Assembly (NCBI GenBank): GCA_964016885.1
Contig: OZ024741.1
Span: forward strand, 58,652,001-58,716,000
Origin: Eledone cirrhosa
Lineage: Eukaryota
Reading direction: 5' to 3'
DNA: 64,000 bases
The notes beneath the pieces were generated by a model. It had not been told where the DNA came from. It did no database searches and was given only the letters and a program-made list of their open reading frames with translations. The translations under genes were made by a program, and so were the position numbers. This document shows, one piece after another, positions 15,301 to 27,880 of this stretch (positions are counted from its first letter, which is position 1; every line of letters begins with the position of its first letter).

Positions 15301-15794
15301 ATGCCTTGCTCATAGTGGTGTATGTGTATATATATAACCATCATCACCATTTAATGTTCATTTTTCCCTGCTGGCATGGGTTAGACCAGTTGTGAGACAA
15401 GCCAGATCAGATGACTGTCTTGCTCATACAGAACTGATTCTGGCTTGGTTTCTAAGGCTGGATGCCCTTCTTAATGCCCACCCCATTTACACTATGTACT
15501 GAGTGTTTTTTATCGTGGCACCAAAATGGACTAAGTGATTTTTGCTGTGGCACCAAAACAACTACTTCACAGTGTGGACTGGGCAATTTTTGCTGTGGCA
15601 CCAAAATGACCACTTCAGTGTGGACTGTGAACTGGGATGGGGGATTGGCAAAGTAGATCTAGAATGGAAAAGGGTGGAGTGTAGGGATGTGGGTGAATGG
15701 CAGGGTATTAGGACGTAGATGTATAATAGATGAGGGAGGTTGGGGAAAGTGGTGCTTACTAGATGTATGCTCCAACCCGTGCACATTGGGATAT

Positions 15795-15990
15795 AAATAT
15801 AGAGTGAGAAATGGGTTCTACAGGACTAGAACTGTTTCATTCAAAGAAAATCATCAGGGCTTTCCTGATGATTTCCTTCGAATGAAACAGTTCTAATCCT
15901 GTAGAAGCCATTTCTATTCTAAATTTGTTGTATACACTCTACTAATGTATTGAGTAGCTTACTTACTGTGGTTACCCCTGATTACTCATA
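15795..15990. mobile_element. Penelope-like foldback element with a hammerhead motif on each strand
   Basis: Arms about 15795-15858 and 15864-15925. Plus strand ggctttc-CTGATGA-tttccttcgaat-GAAAC-ag..ct-GTA-gaagcc (15858-15909), with stem I ggctt(t)c/gaagcc. The reverse complement carries the same core. Confidence 0.7.
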
Positions 15991-16334
15991 TATATATATA
16001 CAGATAGTCCTATACGAGCAAGACAACCAATCTTGCCTCAAGTGGGAAAATTCCCGTCCAAACCCATGCAAGCGTGGAAGATGGACGTTAAACGATGATG
16101 ATAATGATGACGACGGCGACGGCGGCGGATATATATATATACATACACATACACACACACACGTCATTGTTATAATATCAATCACTGACCTGTTGGTTTC
16201 AACAAGAATGAGTGTTTCAATTTTCAATCAATGGAATTTCTGGCTCAAGATATTGTGTAAGTGGAAAAGCATTCCACAGACATATGTACCCTTAGTGTAA
16301 TTCTGAGGGAGATACAGTATGACAGTCCATCTGT

Positions 16335-16490
16335 TGGGCTTCCAATCAGTTTCCATCTCTCCAATTTCATTCACAAGGCATTGGTTGTCCTGGGGCTATG
16401 GTAAATAACATTGCCCAAGATGCCATATAGTGGGATCAAACCCAGGACCTATTGATTGTGAAACAAACTCCTTAAACATTCTGCAATGTT
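16335..16490 (-). mobile_element. tRNA-derived SINE, third (old) family
   Basis: gggcttc..cagtttcc..cacaaggcattggt..ggggctat..gcccaag..agtggga..aaccc. Relatives at about 40-130, 8145-8300(+), 12345-12450, 46240-46375, 55730-55870, 60610-60700 and 61870-62010. Confidence 0.65.
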
Positions 16491-17318
16491 GCATCTACAT
16501 TTTCATATATTAAGAAAACTGTATAACAACAATCCTTCCTCTCCCTCTCTCATCAAATAATAAAAACAAACATAGATTACAGACAATTGTCCAATTTAGT
16601 AGCATGACTCATAAATAGATATTGTTTAGTCTTGTTTTACACTCAATAATATTTTTCAAACAATCAATTTTATTTCTGAATATGCATTCATTTTTAGAAA
16701 ATAATTTCATTTGTCTTTTCATTTATTTATTAACACTATTATTAGTTTTATTTGGTTGATTTATTTATTTTTTGTCTTTGAAAAAGAATCATATAAAATA
16801 TTTTTAAAAAAGATTTCTTATATGAAATGAACTTTATTCCAGACAAGTGGCTCCAAAATAAACTGTTTCTGTCTCCAACCAATGAGCTCTTCAAAACTTT
16901 TGTTTCCACCACCTCTATTTTATCATCCTTGCTTCATTTAGTTTTATTGTTATTATTAATATTAGTTCTATCAATCTATTGTATTACATTCATTTACTAG
17001 CTGTGTCTTCTACTTGTTCTACTCCACACTCCATTCTACAACCCCTCTCTTTAAAGTTCCAATACCTCTCACCACTACTCTCTTTAAAGTACCATTACCC
17101 CTCACCACTAACTACCATCCATCAGGAAAAAACTTGATATTAAGCAAAAGCTTGCTGGAGGCCAAGCCAATAAATGTATGTGCACATCTATCCACACATT
17201 CATCTCTATACACACACTCATCCATCTATACACATACACTAACAACAAATATTGTGTGCACTTGCATTTTCAAACTGCTCTTTTGGGTGCTGAAGTAGAA
17301 ATATATAAGTAGCAATAA

Positions 17319-17429
<111 letters not shown>

Positions 17430-18764
17430 ATAGATATAGATGTATATATCTTTTGTTTCTGTGCCTGCCACCAATTTGCTTTCTCTTCATTCATTATCTG
17501 TCCTTAAAAGTTCAATGGTTGTAATTTGATCGCTGCTCCTCTCTAGTGTAGTGAAGAATGCTGGCAATGGTGGCAATGATATTTTTTGTCTCTCTTTATA
17601 TATCAAGAAATAATGGCCTTTAAGGTCTGCCAGTTCACTATACAGAACAACCGATGCATTCATTTGATTTTTTGTTGTTGCTTTTTGGAATTTTTCTTGT
17701 TTTCTGGCTTCATTCTGACTTGTTGCCACCAGTCAAACTGGTTAGCACAATTTTCAAAGGAGGAAAAAGAAAGACGAAAAAATGTTATTGTTGCTGTTGT
17801 TGTTTTTATTGTTATTTTTACGGAAGAATAACATATTTATTTGTGTAGTTTGGGTGGGGATGGGGTCAGATTGTAGTTACAGCAGCAGTATTAAAATCAT
17901 AAACACATGTAGATACACACATAAACAAATGCAAACACACACACAAATCCACAAATACTTTTACTAACACATACACACACTCAAATATATATATAACACA
18001 TACATTCACACATACATATATATAACACATACATACACATACACTGTCAGAGATATTGATATCTTCCTGCTTTCAGATAATTCCAAGTTTCATAATGTTG
18101 GTTTCACTTCCTTAACAAATAAATATATCTATTTTATACTTTTGTTGTTGCTATTTCTTTTACTAACACTCCCACTTCCCCTCTTTCCCAACCCTTTTTC
18201 TCTCTTCTGTCTTCAATATAACTTTGTCTTTAATGCCCCTTCTCTCACCAATCAGCAATATTCAAATCCCGCCTCGGTTGACTTTGCCTTTCATCCTTAC
18301 GGGGTCGATAAAATAAAGTACCAGTAATGAACTGGGTAATTGCTGGCCTTGTGCCTTAAGTAGAAACAAATATTTTTATAACAGGTTATTTTACTGACTT
18401 TAACAAGATTTCTCTTGTAAATAACTTCCTCTATGTCAATGGTTTCATAAACTTATTTTATACCCAGCACACTTTAGAACAAGTAGAAATATTTTGGTGC
18501 ATTTTGTATAAGTTGGAAAATGTATTCAAGATAAGTATTTATACATATTAACTTAGGTATTTATACATATTAGCTTGGGTATTTATACATATTGGCATAG
18601 ATATTTATATATGTTAGCATAACATAAATGTAGAAATATAATTAAGAATAGAGAAAAATTATTTGTACTTCTCTCTTTATTCAATATATACAGTAGACAT
18701 CTACATACTCTGTCCACATGTCCATATATACATTCAACATCTACACACTACGTCTCTCTCTCTC

Positions 18765-18798
<34 letters not shown>

Positions 18799-19034
18799 TA
18801 TGTATAATATATATATATATTCAGAATCTACATACTATCTATCTATCGAATCAACATCTGCACACTATCTATCCAGTCAACATCTACACACTATGTCTAT
18901 ATATACATTTAACATCTACACACTACTTCTCTCTCAAAAATGTTGGTACCCTTGAAATATATATAATAAAATAAAAATGGTTTTATAAAGATAGTTTCCA
19001 TTTATTAATATTATTGATATATATATATATAATC

Positions 19035-22000
19035 ATGAATGTAGGCACCTTAAAAGGCCGCTCTAAGGAGGTTGATGTTTGCTGTATCCAAGAGACCAGG
19101 TGGAGGGGCGGGTCTGCTAGATTCATTGTGGGTAAAAAAGGATGCTATAAGCTTTTCTGGGTGGGAAATGACAATGAGCTGGGTCGGGTAGGAATCGTGT
19201 TAGCAGAAAAATGGGTGGATAAGATAATAGATGTAAATAGAGTGAATGACAGAATAATTAAAATAAGACTTGTTCTAAATAGAACTACTGTGACAGTAAT
19301 ATCTGCGTACGCACCCCAATCCGGACTGCCCGGCACTATAAAAGACAGATTCTATGAGACACTGATGCTCACTACCTCCCAAACAACCAACAGTAACTAT
19401 ATAATTATTGCTGGCGACCTAAATGGTAACGTTGGACAACATTGCGGCGGCTATGACGAAATCCATGGAGGCTATGGGTTTGGTACTAGAAATGAGGAAG
19501 GCTCTAGAATCCTGTAATTGTGTGACGCAAATAACCTAACTATCTGTAACACTAACTTCAAAAAACGAGACAATCACTTGATCACCTACAGATCAGGGGA
19601 ACATACCAGCCAGGTAGATTATATCCTTACCAGAAGACGTGACAGAGTATCTGTTGTAAACACTAAATCCCTCCCCCATGAACAATGCACCTCCCAACAT
19701 AAACTTATAATTAGCGACCTCATAGTCAGGACGAGACGTACTCGACAACAGAAGAGGACTATCCTCAGGAGAAAAATATGGAAGCTAAAGGACCCCACAG
19801 CCAGTAATAAATTTAAAAGCATATTACTTGATGCTTTTGACAGTAAGGAAGAGCAATTAGAGTCGTACAATATAGAGGAACAGTGGGAATTCCTGAAAGC
19901 AAACCTGCTGATGGCGTCAGATGAAGTCTGTGGCTGGAGCAGGCCTATAGGCAGGAGGAGAGTAACGTGGTGGTGGAACAGTAAGGTGGAGGAGTCAATT
20001 AAGGCCAAAAAGCAGGCTTGGAAAGTATGGCGGGATGGGGAAGTAGAGAAGACTATCAAGTGGCCAGGAGGGAAGCTAGGAGCCAAGTGTACTTCGCAAG
20101 AAGGGAAGCAGAGGAAAGAAAGTTCAAGCATGTTCTACAACGTGAGGTGTTCAGGATTGCTAGGCAATGTGTCAAGGAAAACTGTGATATTGTCAGGGAG
20201 AAGTGTGTCCTTAATGATGAAGGTGTACTTGCCATCACTGACACTGATAAGAAGGTATCTTGGAAGTGTCACTACGAAAGGCTACTAAATGAGGACAATA
20301 AATGGGAGAAAGACAGTCTCCCCCACATCGATCCAATAGAGGGACCAGCAGTGTTAGTCGAAGGTAGTATAATAAGTAAGGCAATCAAAGATATGAAGAC
20401 GGGTAAGGCGGCTAGCCTTTCAGAAATAGTTGCTGAAATGCTGAAAGCTTCTGGATCGGTGTGACACACCATGGTCACCCAGATAGTAAACCAAGTCATA
20501 CAGAATGGGGTTGTTCCGAAGGACTCGCGTAGCAGTATCATCATTAACTGCTACAAGGGTAAAGGAGATGCCCTGGATAGGGGTAACTATAGAGGCATTA
20601 AATTAATCGACCAGGTCATGAAGGTCACAGAAAAAGTAATAGCGCAACTAATCAGAGAGCGAATTGATCTAGATGAGATGTAGTTCAGGTTTGTCTCAGG
20701 TAAAAGTACCACAGACGCTCTTTTCAATGTACGACAACTACAGGAGAAGTACCTAGCTAAAAGTAAACCCCTATACTTAGCTTTTGTCGACTTGGAGAAA
20801 GCCTTTGACAGAGTCACCCGTTCCATTATCTGGTGGGCTCTTAGAAAACTAGGTGTTGATGAATGGCTTGTGAGAGCTATACAAGCCATGTATAAAGAAA
20901 CAGTCAGCAAGGTTAGAATTAACAACGAATATAGTGAAGAGTTTAGCGTAAAAGTTGTTCATCAGGGCTCCGTTCTTAGCCCCGTACTATTTATTATTGC
21001 CTTCAGGCTATAACAGTGGAGTTCAAGACCGGCTGCCCATGGGAACTCTTATACGCAGATGATCTAACGCTCATAGCTGAATCAATGGCCGAACTAGAGA
21101 AGAAATTCCAAACATGGAAGCATGGCCTAGAATCAAAAGGCCTTAAAATTAACCTGTCTAAGACTAAAGTTCTAGTTTGTAGGAAGGAAAATAGGGCACC
21201 GATCCCATCCGGGAAATGGCCATGCTCAGTGTGTAGGAAGGAGTAGGCAGAAACTCCATTTTATGTCCCAAATGCAAAGTATGGGTGCATAAAAGATGTA
21301 GTGGGATCACAGGTAAGCTAACTAAGAACATAGATTTTATATGTGGCCGGTGCTCTGGTATAATAAGTAGCAGCAAGTGCCCACAGAATACTAGCTCATT
21401 CCTTTGCACAGATGGTTCTATAGAAATAGTGGACAGCTTCCGTTACCTGGGTGACAAAATCAGCAGTGGGGGGGAGTGCTCTGAAAGTACAGTAGCTAGA
21501 GTCAGAACTGGATGGAAAAAGTTCAGAGAGCTTATACCAATATTAGCCGCTAAAGGGTTCTCTCTAAAAATGAAAGGCAGGCTGTATGATGCCTGCATAC
21601 AAACAGCAATGTTACATGGCAGTGAGACCTGGGCATTGTGTGCAGAGGATATACGCAGACTGGAGAGGAACGAAGCTTGCATGCTCCGCTGGATGTGTAA
21701 TAGTAATATATGTGAACGGCAAAGCATAAACGAACTAAGGGAAAAATTAGAAATAAGAGGGATCAGATGTTGTTTACTCGAGAGAAGACTACGTTGGTAT
21801 GGTCACGTGATGCGCATGAAAGACGACAGCTGTATAAAAAAGTGCAGGGCAATAAAAATAGACGGTAGCCACGGAGTAGGCAGACCCAGAAAAACCTGGG
21901 ACGACTTGATAAATTCCGACCTCACACACTTACACCTCTCCAAGACAATGTCACTGGACTGAGATCTTTGGCGCTACACAGTAATACAGAAGACCCGCCT

Positions 22001-22384
22001 TACCTAAGTACAAAGTGAAACCTACTACAATCAGTAGGCATCTCTAACAAAATACGCCCCCGTCCACCCCATCCACACCACCCCTTTCAATATAATGTTA
22101 TGTTGGTACCACAACATCCAGTCCGAAACAAATGAGGTCGTGTAGGTGTCACGACAAAAAAACACACAGTCCACGCTGTAATGTGGCCGTGTAGGTAACA
22201 CGGTAAAAACCTCCCAGTCCACACTGTAAACGTGGTTGGTGTTAGGAAGGGCATCCAGCCGTAGAAAACCCGCCAGACAGTCCTATGCGAGCAAGACAAC
22301 CACTCTTGCCTCAAGTGGGAAAACTCCCGTCCAAACCCATGCAAGCGTGGCATATGGACGTTAAACGATGATGATGATGATGAT
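19035..22384 (+). mobile_element. Near full-length RTE-clade LINE (APE endonuclease + RT with PHD finger), inactivated
   Basis: APE motifs NVGTL, CIQETRW, SAYAPQ, AGDLNG, SQVDYIL, SQHKL. RT motifs NYRGIKL, DLEKAFD, QGSVLSP, YADD (21052-21063), FRYLG, and C-terminal LRWYGHVMR..GRPRKTW. In-frame stops at 19515, 20462, 20681 and 21960, plus frameshifts near 20036, 20950-21015 and 21240. The 3' UTR ends in (GAT)n. Confidence 0.95.
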
Positions 22385-22838
22385 TCAGCATCTACACACT
22401 ATCTATCTATCCAATCAACATCTACACACTGTGTCTCTCTATCCCATCAGCATCTACACACTATGTCTATATATACATTCAACATTTACATGCTATGTCT
22501 ATATATATATATATATACATTCAACATCTACACACTATTTCTATATATACATTCAATGTCTACACACTATTTCTACACATACATCCAGCATCTACACACT
22601 GTCTATATATACATTCAACATCTACTCACTTTTTGTCTATCTAGTAATCATCTACACAATGTCTCTCTATCCAGTTAACACTTACACACTGTCTCTCTAT
22701 CCAATTAACACTTACACACTGTCTCTCTATTCAGTTAACCCTTACACACTGTCTCTCTATCCAGTTAACACTTACACATTGTCAATCTATCCAGTTGACA
22801 CTTACACACTGTCTCTCTATCCAGTTGACATCTACACC
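22385..22838. repeat. Minisatellite of about 30 bp (ctctctatccagttaacacttacacactgt / caacatctacacact), also left of the RTE at 18720-18925
   Basis: Direct reading. The same unit family flanks the LINE on both sides. Confidence 0.85.
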
Positions 22839-23169
22839 TGTGATTCCCCAAATTGTGGCACACTTTAGAACAAATAACATTTTAGAACAAATAACATTTG
22901 TACCTAAATTCTAAGATTTAATCAAAAGGGACATTTGCACTGCCTTCTTTAGTTAATAAGGGGAGAAAAGTTATCAATGAGAAACTTGCACTTTTTCTTC
23001 TTTTTTCTTTCATTTTTCTCAGGACGTGTCTCTCCATGTGCCTTTTTCCTTTGTTGTCTCCTCTGTAAATTTCATGATCATAAGATCAGCTTTTGCCCCT
23101 TCTGCCCAAGTTATCCTTAGTCTACTCCTATTGCAGCTTCTCTCTGCTTGTTTCTTTCTTTTGTCGTCT

Positions 23170-23460
23170 CCTTTGTGTGGTTAAATATTTTGAGATCAGC
23201 TTTTATCACTTCTGTCCAGGCCTTCCTCTGCCAACTTCTACCACAGCTTCCTTCCACAGGCATCATGTCTATATCAGTTTAATCTTCTCTTGAACCCTAA
23301 ATTTGACTCTTATACCCAGTTTTTTTCTCAGCTCATTCATTGGTCATTTGCACCACTAACTTTCCACATCCAGTGTAGCATGCTAATCTCATTCCTTTCT
23401 AACATCTTCTCTATTCAGTGCTCATGTCTCACTAGACCATCACTGAGAATTTGGAGATAT
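23170..23460 (-). mobile_element. Old RTE C-terminal fragment
   Basis: Minus strand reads KMLERNEISMLHWMW..ELRKKLGIR.., similar to 21650-21770. Confidence 0.65.
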
Positions 23461-24406
23461 CTACTGTTACGAGAAGTCAACAAACATCTTATCCACCACC
23501 CTTCCAACCTCTGTCAATCACCACTCCCACTCCCAACCTAGTCAGTCAGTCACCACTCCATCCTCACCCCTGTCAATCCCCAATCTCCACCCCAATCTGT
23601 TGCAACGCCTCCTACCCACTTTACCATTACTGCCACTCACCCCATTCCACCTACTTACCATCTCACTCACACTAACCCCTAGTCACTCCTCTATTCCTGC
23701 TACCACCATTCACCCCTGTCTCTCTTTAGACATTTGAGAGTTTAGCTATAGGAACTGATGCCATCCAGCTGTAGAAACAACTCTTTATGTGACCTACCAT
23801 ATTTCTAATGAAATACACTCTAATTCTATTAATTATTTCATTACTAAGATAGCAACTTAGCTTGGTTCTTATATAAAATTATGTTGGAAGATTTTTATTT
23901 AAATAGGAACCTTTTAAAATGGGAGGTTTTGTTTCATAGAGCCAGAGATAGTTTTGGTAACAAAAAAGTTAATGGAAACAAATAGAATTAGTTGTACAAT
24001 GAAATGGCAATATTAAAAGTCACTAATTTATCAGTTAATAAGTTAATCTTTTTATCTATTTACTCCCAGTTGCTCTTTCATTTATCCTCTGAAGTTATTT
24101 GAGTTTTCCTTCAGCTAAACAATATATATAACCTTTATAAAAATGTTTTCAATGTAGTAGTTATCGTGCAAAACAAGTCCATTACATACCATTGTATGAC
24201 TCAAGATTGAAGGTGCTTAATATAACCAAACTCTATGTAATCATCCACTGTTATTTATTTTCAATTGGTTTATGTAAAACACTAATTTCATATTTAGTTT
24301 GTCCTCTTTTCAAATTGTTCATTGTTTTGTGGATATTTTGCCTTGTTAGTTATTAGCCATCAGACTACTATAATTTCATTCACATTTAGGCTGCATTATT
24401 ACCATA

Positions 24407-24583
24407 GGGCGGTGGATTGGCCGTATCGGTAGAGGGTCGGACGCGATGCTTTGACGTATAGTTACGTCCCTTGCCATTCTGAGTTCAAATCTCGCCGAGG
24501 TTAACTTTGCCTTTCATCCTTACGGGGTTGATAAAATAAAGTACCAGTAATGCACTGGGTAATTGCTGGTAGAAACAATTATT
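24407..24583 (+). mobile_element. Young tRNA-derived SINE with a Deu/Nin-like central domain and (TAT/TAA)n tail
   Basis: A/B-box-like head, then gagttcaaatcYcgccgaggttRactttgcctttcatccttacggggtcgataaaataaagtaccagtaatgcactgggtaattgctgg. Near-identical copies at about 14195-14345(+), 18259-18372(+), 39597-39790(-), 45763-45950(+) and 57480-57585(-). Older copies at 14345-14525, 39365-39590, 39800-40025, 40320-40470, 47100-47390 and 59630-59710. Confidence 0.85.
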
Positions 24584-26920
24584 ACCATATTCTCTCATGT
24601 AAAATAGAAGAAATTTTAAACAAAAATTAAGAACAAAAAAAGAGGGTCGACTTTTACATAAGTACACATTTTCAGGCATTTTTACTAATCTAAAAAATAC
24701 TTATTTTAAATGGCAAGATTGAGCTGGCTCCAAGTGAATCCACTGTATCACAAACTGACTCTCATTCCATAGCAATTACAGACATCCAACACAAATATTG
24801 TCAGCAATATATAGAAACCTTTATACTAATTTGATTTTGTAATATATATTTTTTTTAATTAATTTTGTATTTTCCCCCCACCCACTTAATTTTTAATAAA
24901 TATTATAATGTTAGTGCCATGATCAAATCCACCTTGTACACTCTGTGAAATAGTAGTGCTGAGGCCATAAAACACACTTTACACATTCTGTAAAGCAGTA
25001 GAGCTGGTTCCATGGTAAATGGCATCCAGTATACTCTGTAAAGTGGTTGGCAAATGGAAATGCATTCAGCTGTAGAAACCATGTCAAATAAGGAATATAT
25101 GAACATGATGTGGTTCCCGAACCAGTCTAGTCTCAGACCATCTCAATCCATCCAACCTATGCCAGCATGGATAGCTGACATAAAAAAAAAATTTTCAAAA
25201 CATTCTGCGCCAATTTCCCAAATAAGATGTTTTAAAATTTCTCCTGTGGCATATTCACAACCATTTATCCTGTATATTCTTATATGCTACCTTTGCCATG
25301 TGCTATGTGAATCTAGTTTAAACCTATCATTACGATATCTCTCATGAAAGATACTGCCTATGATTCTCAAGTCATTTTGAAAATAATTAAAAATTTGAAG
25401 AGATTTAGCAATATAACTAATTTCTCATTATTAAGCTGTTTTTTGGAGCATAACTTAAAAGATTCTTGTATAGAATTATGATGGAAGACTTTTAATAATT
25501 ATAAATACCTTTAAAAATAACAGTTTTATACTATAGAACCAGACTGAGTTTCAAGCAATTTAGTATCAAAAGTCTTAATTTACCATAACAGTATTCAATA
25601 TAAGGATAATGGTTGTGGTGTAATTCTGTCTTCACAATATGAATTAAATTCAACTATTAATGTTGCAATTACTGTTTACATCACAAATGACATATAGAGA
25701 GATATAAAATAGCTTTCCTTAACCATATTTCTGATAAAAGACACTGCCTATGATTTTCAAATAATGTGGAAAATAATAAAAGATTTGGAGGAATTTAGTT
25801 ATATAAGTAACTTGCTAATTATCAAGTTGATGTTCAAAACATAACTTAAAGGTTCTCACATGAAATTATGTTTGAAAGTTTTTAGATAAATAGAACCAAG
25901 ATCAGTTTCAGGTAATTTGGTATCAAAAGAATTAGAATAGCTACACTATATCACTGTCATATGAGGTAACCAAAACTATTGGTGTCATGAAGTACATCTC
26001 GTTATAAAACATTGTGTGAAAAAGAATCTTATGGGGCCCTCATGGCTAACCCCAGCTTTAGCACGGAAAATGGACATAAAACACTTATGTTGTATTGTTG
26101 ATAGTGGTTGCAATTGTAGTTATGCCATAGCTTATTAGCTTTAATAACAGCTGTGCATAAATAAAAGAGTTTAAAACCACACATTTTTTACCTATTAACA
26201 ACTTTTCTCTGTCTTAATTGATTCACTTAGCAGAAAATCGTCAATTTGTTAAACCATTTACTTCTCTCCTTAAAAGAAAAAATACAACAATGCTATCATT
26301 GCTGGTATATCTTAATTCTTTTCATTAATCGAATTAGGAAACCAACCTGATAAACCAAAGTAAAGTATTTTGTATTTATTTTTTTGTAATAAAGAGAAAC
26401 TAAAGGTTTCCAAAGTTTGTTAGTGTTGTTGCTGCCTGATAAAAGTTTTTGAAGGAAGCAGTTATCTTTGTACTTCTACATTTATTTTTCAATGGTTTGA
26501 ACATTAATGGACTGTTTTATAGAAATGGAACATACAGATCCTATTATCATAGTCAAATAAGAATGTGTGTGCATGCCTGCATGTGTGTATGTGTCTGTGT
26601 TTATATATTGAAAAAACGTTTGTAAAGTGATGTGTGTGTGTGTATATATATATATAGTGTGTGTATACAAATATATATGAATCTATATATAGGTGTGTAT
26701 GTGTATATATGTATATATATATGTGTGCGTGTGTATATATAAATATGTGTGTGTATATGAATGAATTATAAAAGTTAATGGAAAACTGATAAGAGGATAT
26801 TAGATTGTAAAGAAAAGAATATAACAAACTTCTGATTTCTTGTGAATGTTGTCTGATTTGTGTTGCATGTTTAACAACAAAATATAATTATGTTTATATC
26901 TACACATATATATATATAAC

Positions 26921-27145
26921 AGGAACAAGTGTGACCCTGACGGCAGAGCTCAAGTCGTTTCGACGGCTAATTAATGTAATAATAAATGGATTAAATCTTA
27001 CATGCAGTTCAGAATTAGCCATCGAAACGGCTTGACCTCTGCCGTCGGGGTCATACTTGTTCCTTTTACCCACTCTACTACCCTAAGTATTGAGTACTTT
27101 GGTGCGTTATGGTCCATCTGGTTCCTTATCACATTTCCTTTGTTA
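26921..27145. mobile_element. Penelope-like foldback terminus: 52-bp inverted arms around a 40-nt host-exon-derived loop
   Basis: Arms 26921-26972 and 27013-27064 have 47/52 complementary positions. Half-hammerhead GAAAC-GGC..GCC-GTC at 27024-27046. The tail cactctacta..gtattgagta resembles 15935-15960. Flanked by (TA)n. Confidence 0.7.
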
Positions 27146-27880
27146 TATATATATATAACAAAAGTAACAAAGATCGCTGGTATAAATACAGCGTCCCCTG
27201 GCCATATATATATAATTATATTTTGTTGTTAAAAATATATACATACGTATAAATTTTTTTATTTGTAATATACATGTGTGTGTGATTATATTTATAATAT
27301 ATTATACCCTATTAAATGTTCAGTCAGGGGCCTTATGCAGCTATTCTGGAATAAAATATAATTTGAATCACTGTGATCAATTATATTTATTATAATAGCT
27401 CACAGTATTATCTTCATATGTAAACTATTTTTTTTTTTGTAACAGTCTTTACAAAATAAGTTAAAGTAGTAAGAGACAGTGTATATATGACTATTGTGAT
27501 ATGTTATATAACTGTTACCTACCATTGGTCACCTGGCCTTGAACAAACAAAACTTTATCCTTGCTGAACATAAGTCAATCTATCTAGTGCTGGTGCCAAT
27601 GGTTAGAGAATGAGCTGAGACAATGTAGAATTAAGAAAACTATTTAGTTTTGTTGAGAACGTAACAAAAACAAAGTAGGGCCAAGAGGACCCTTTAGTCT
27701 TGCTGAAAACACAACCTCTCTTGTGTTGATGTCATGATAAAATGCACCTGATATGTATTTTATCAATTTTTTTTTATCGAACAGCTAAGTTAAAGGACGT
27801 AAATAAACATTAAATGTAAGCATACAGACAAACTTGTTTGAATACTTATTAAAAGTATCATTTTTCTCCTTCTTTTCTAG

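Noticed and set aside
19145-21727. Minus-strand ORFs overlapping the RTE
   Set aside because: Antisense shadows of the LINE coding sequence.
26973-27012. Exon-matching loop as an intronic editing-complementary sequence or alternative exon
   Set aside because: It has the same orientation as the exon, so it cannot pair in the pre-mRNA, and it has no flanking splice signals.
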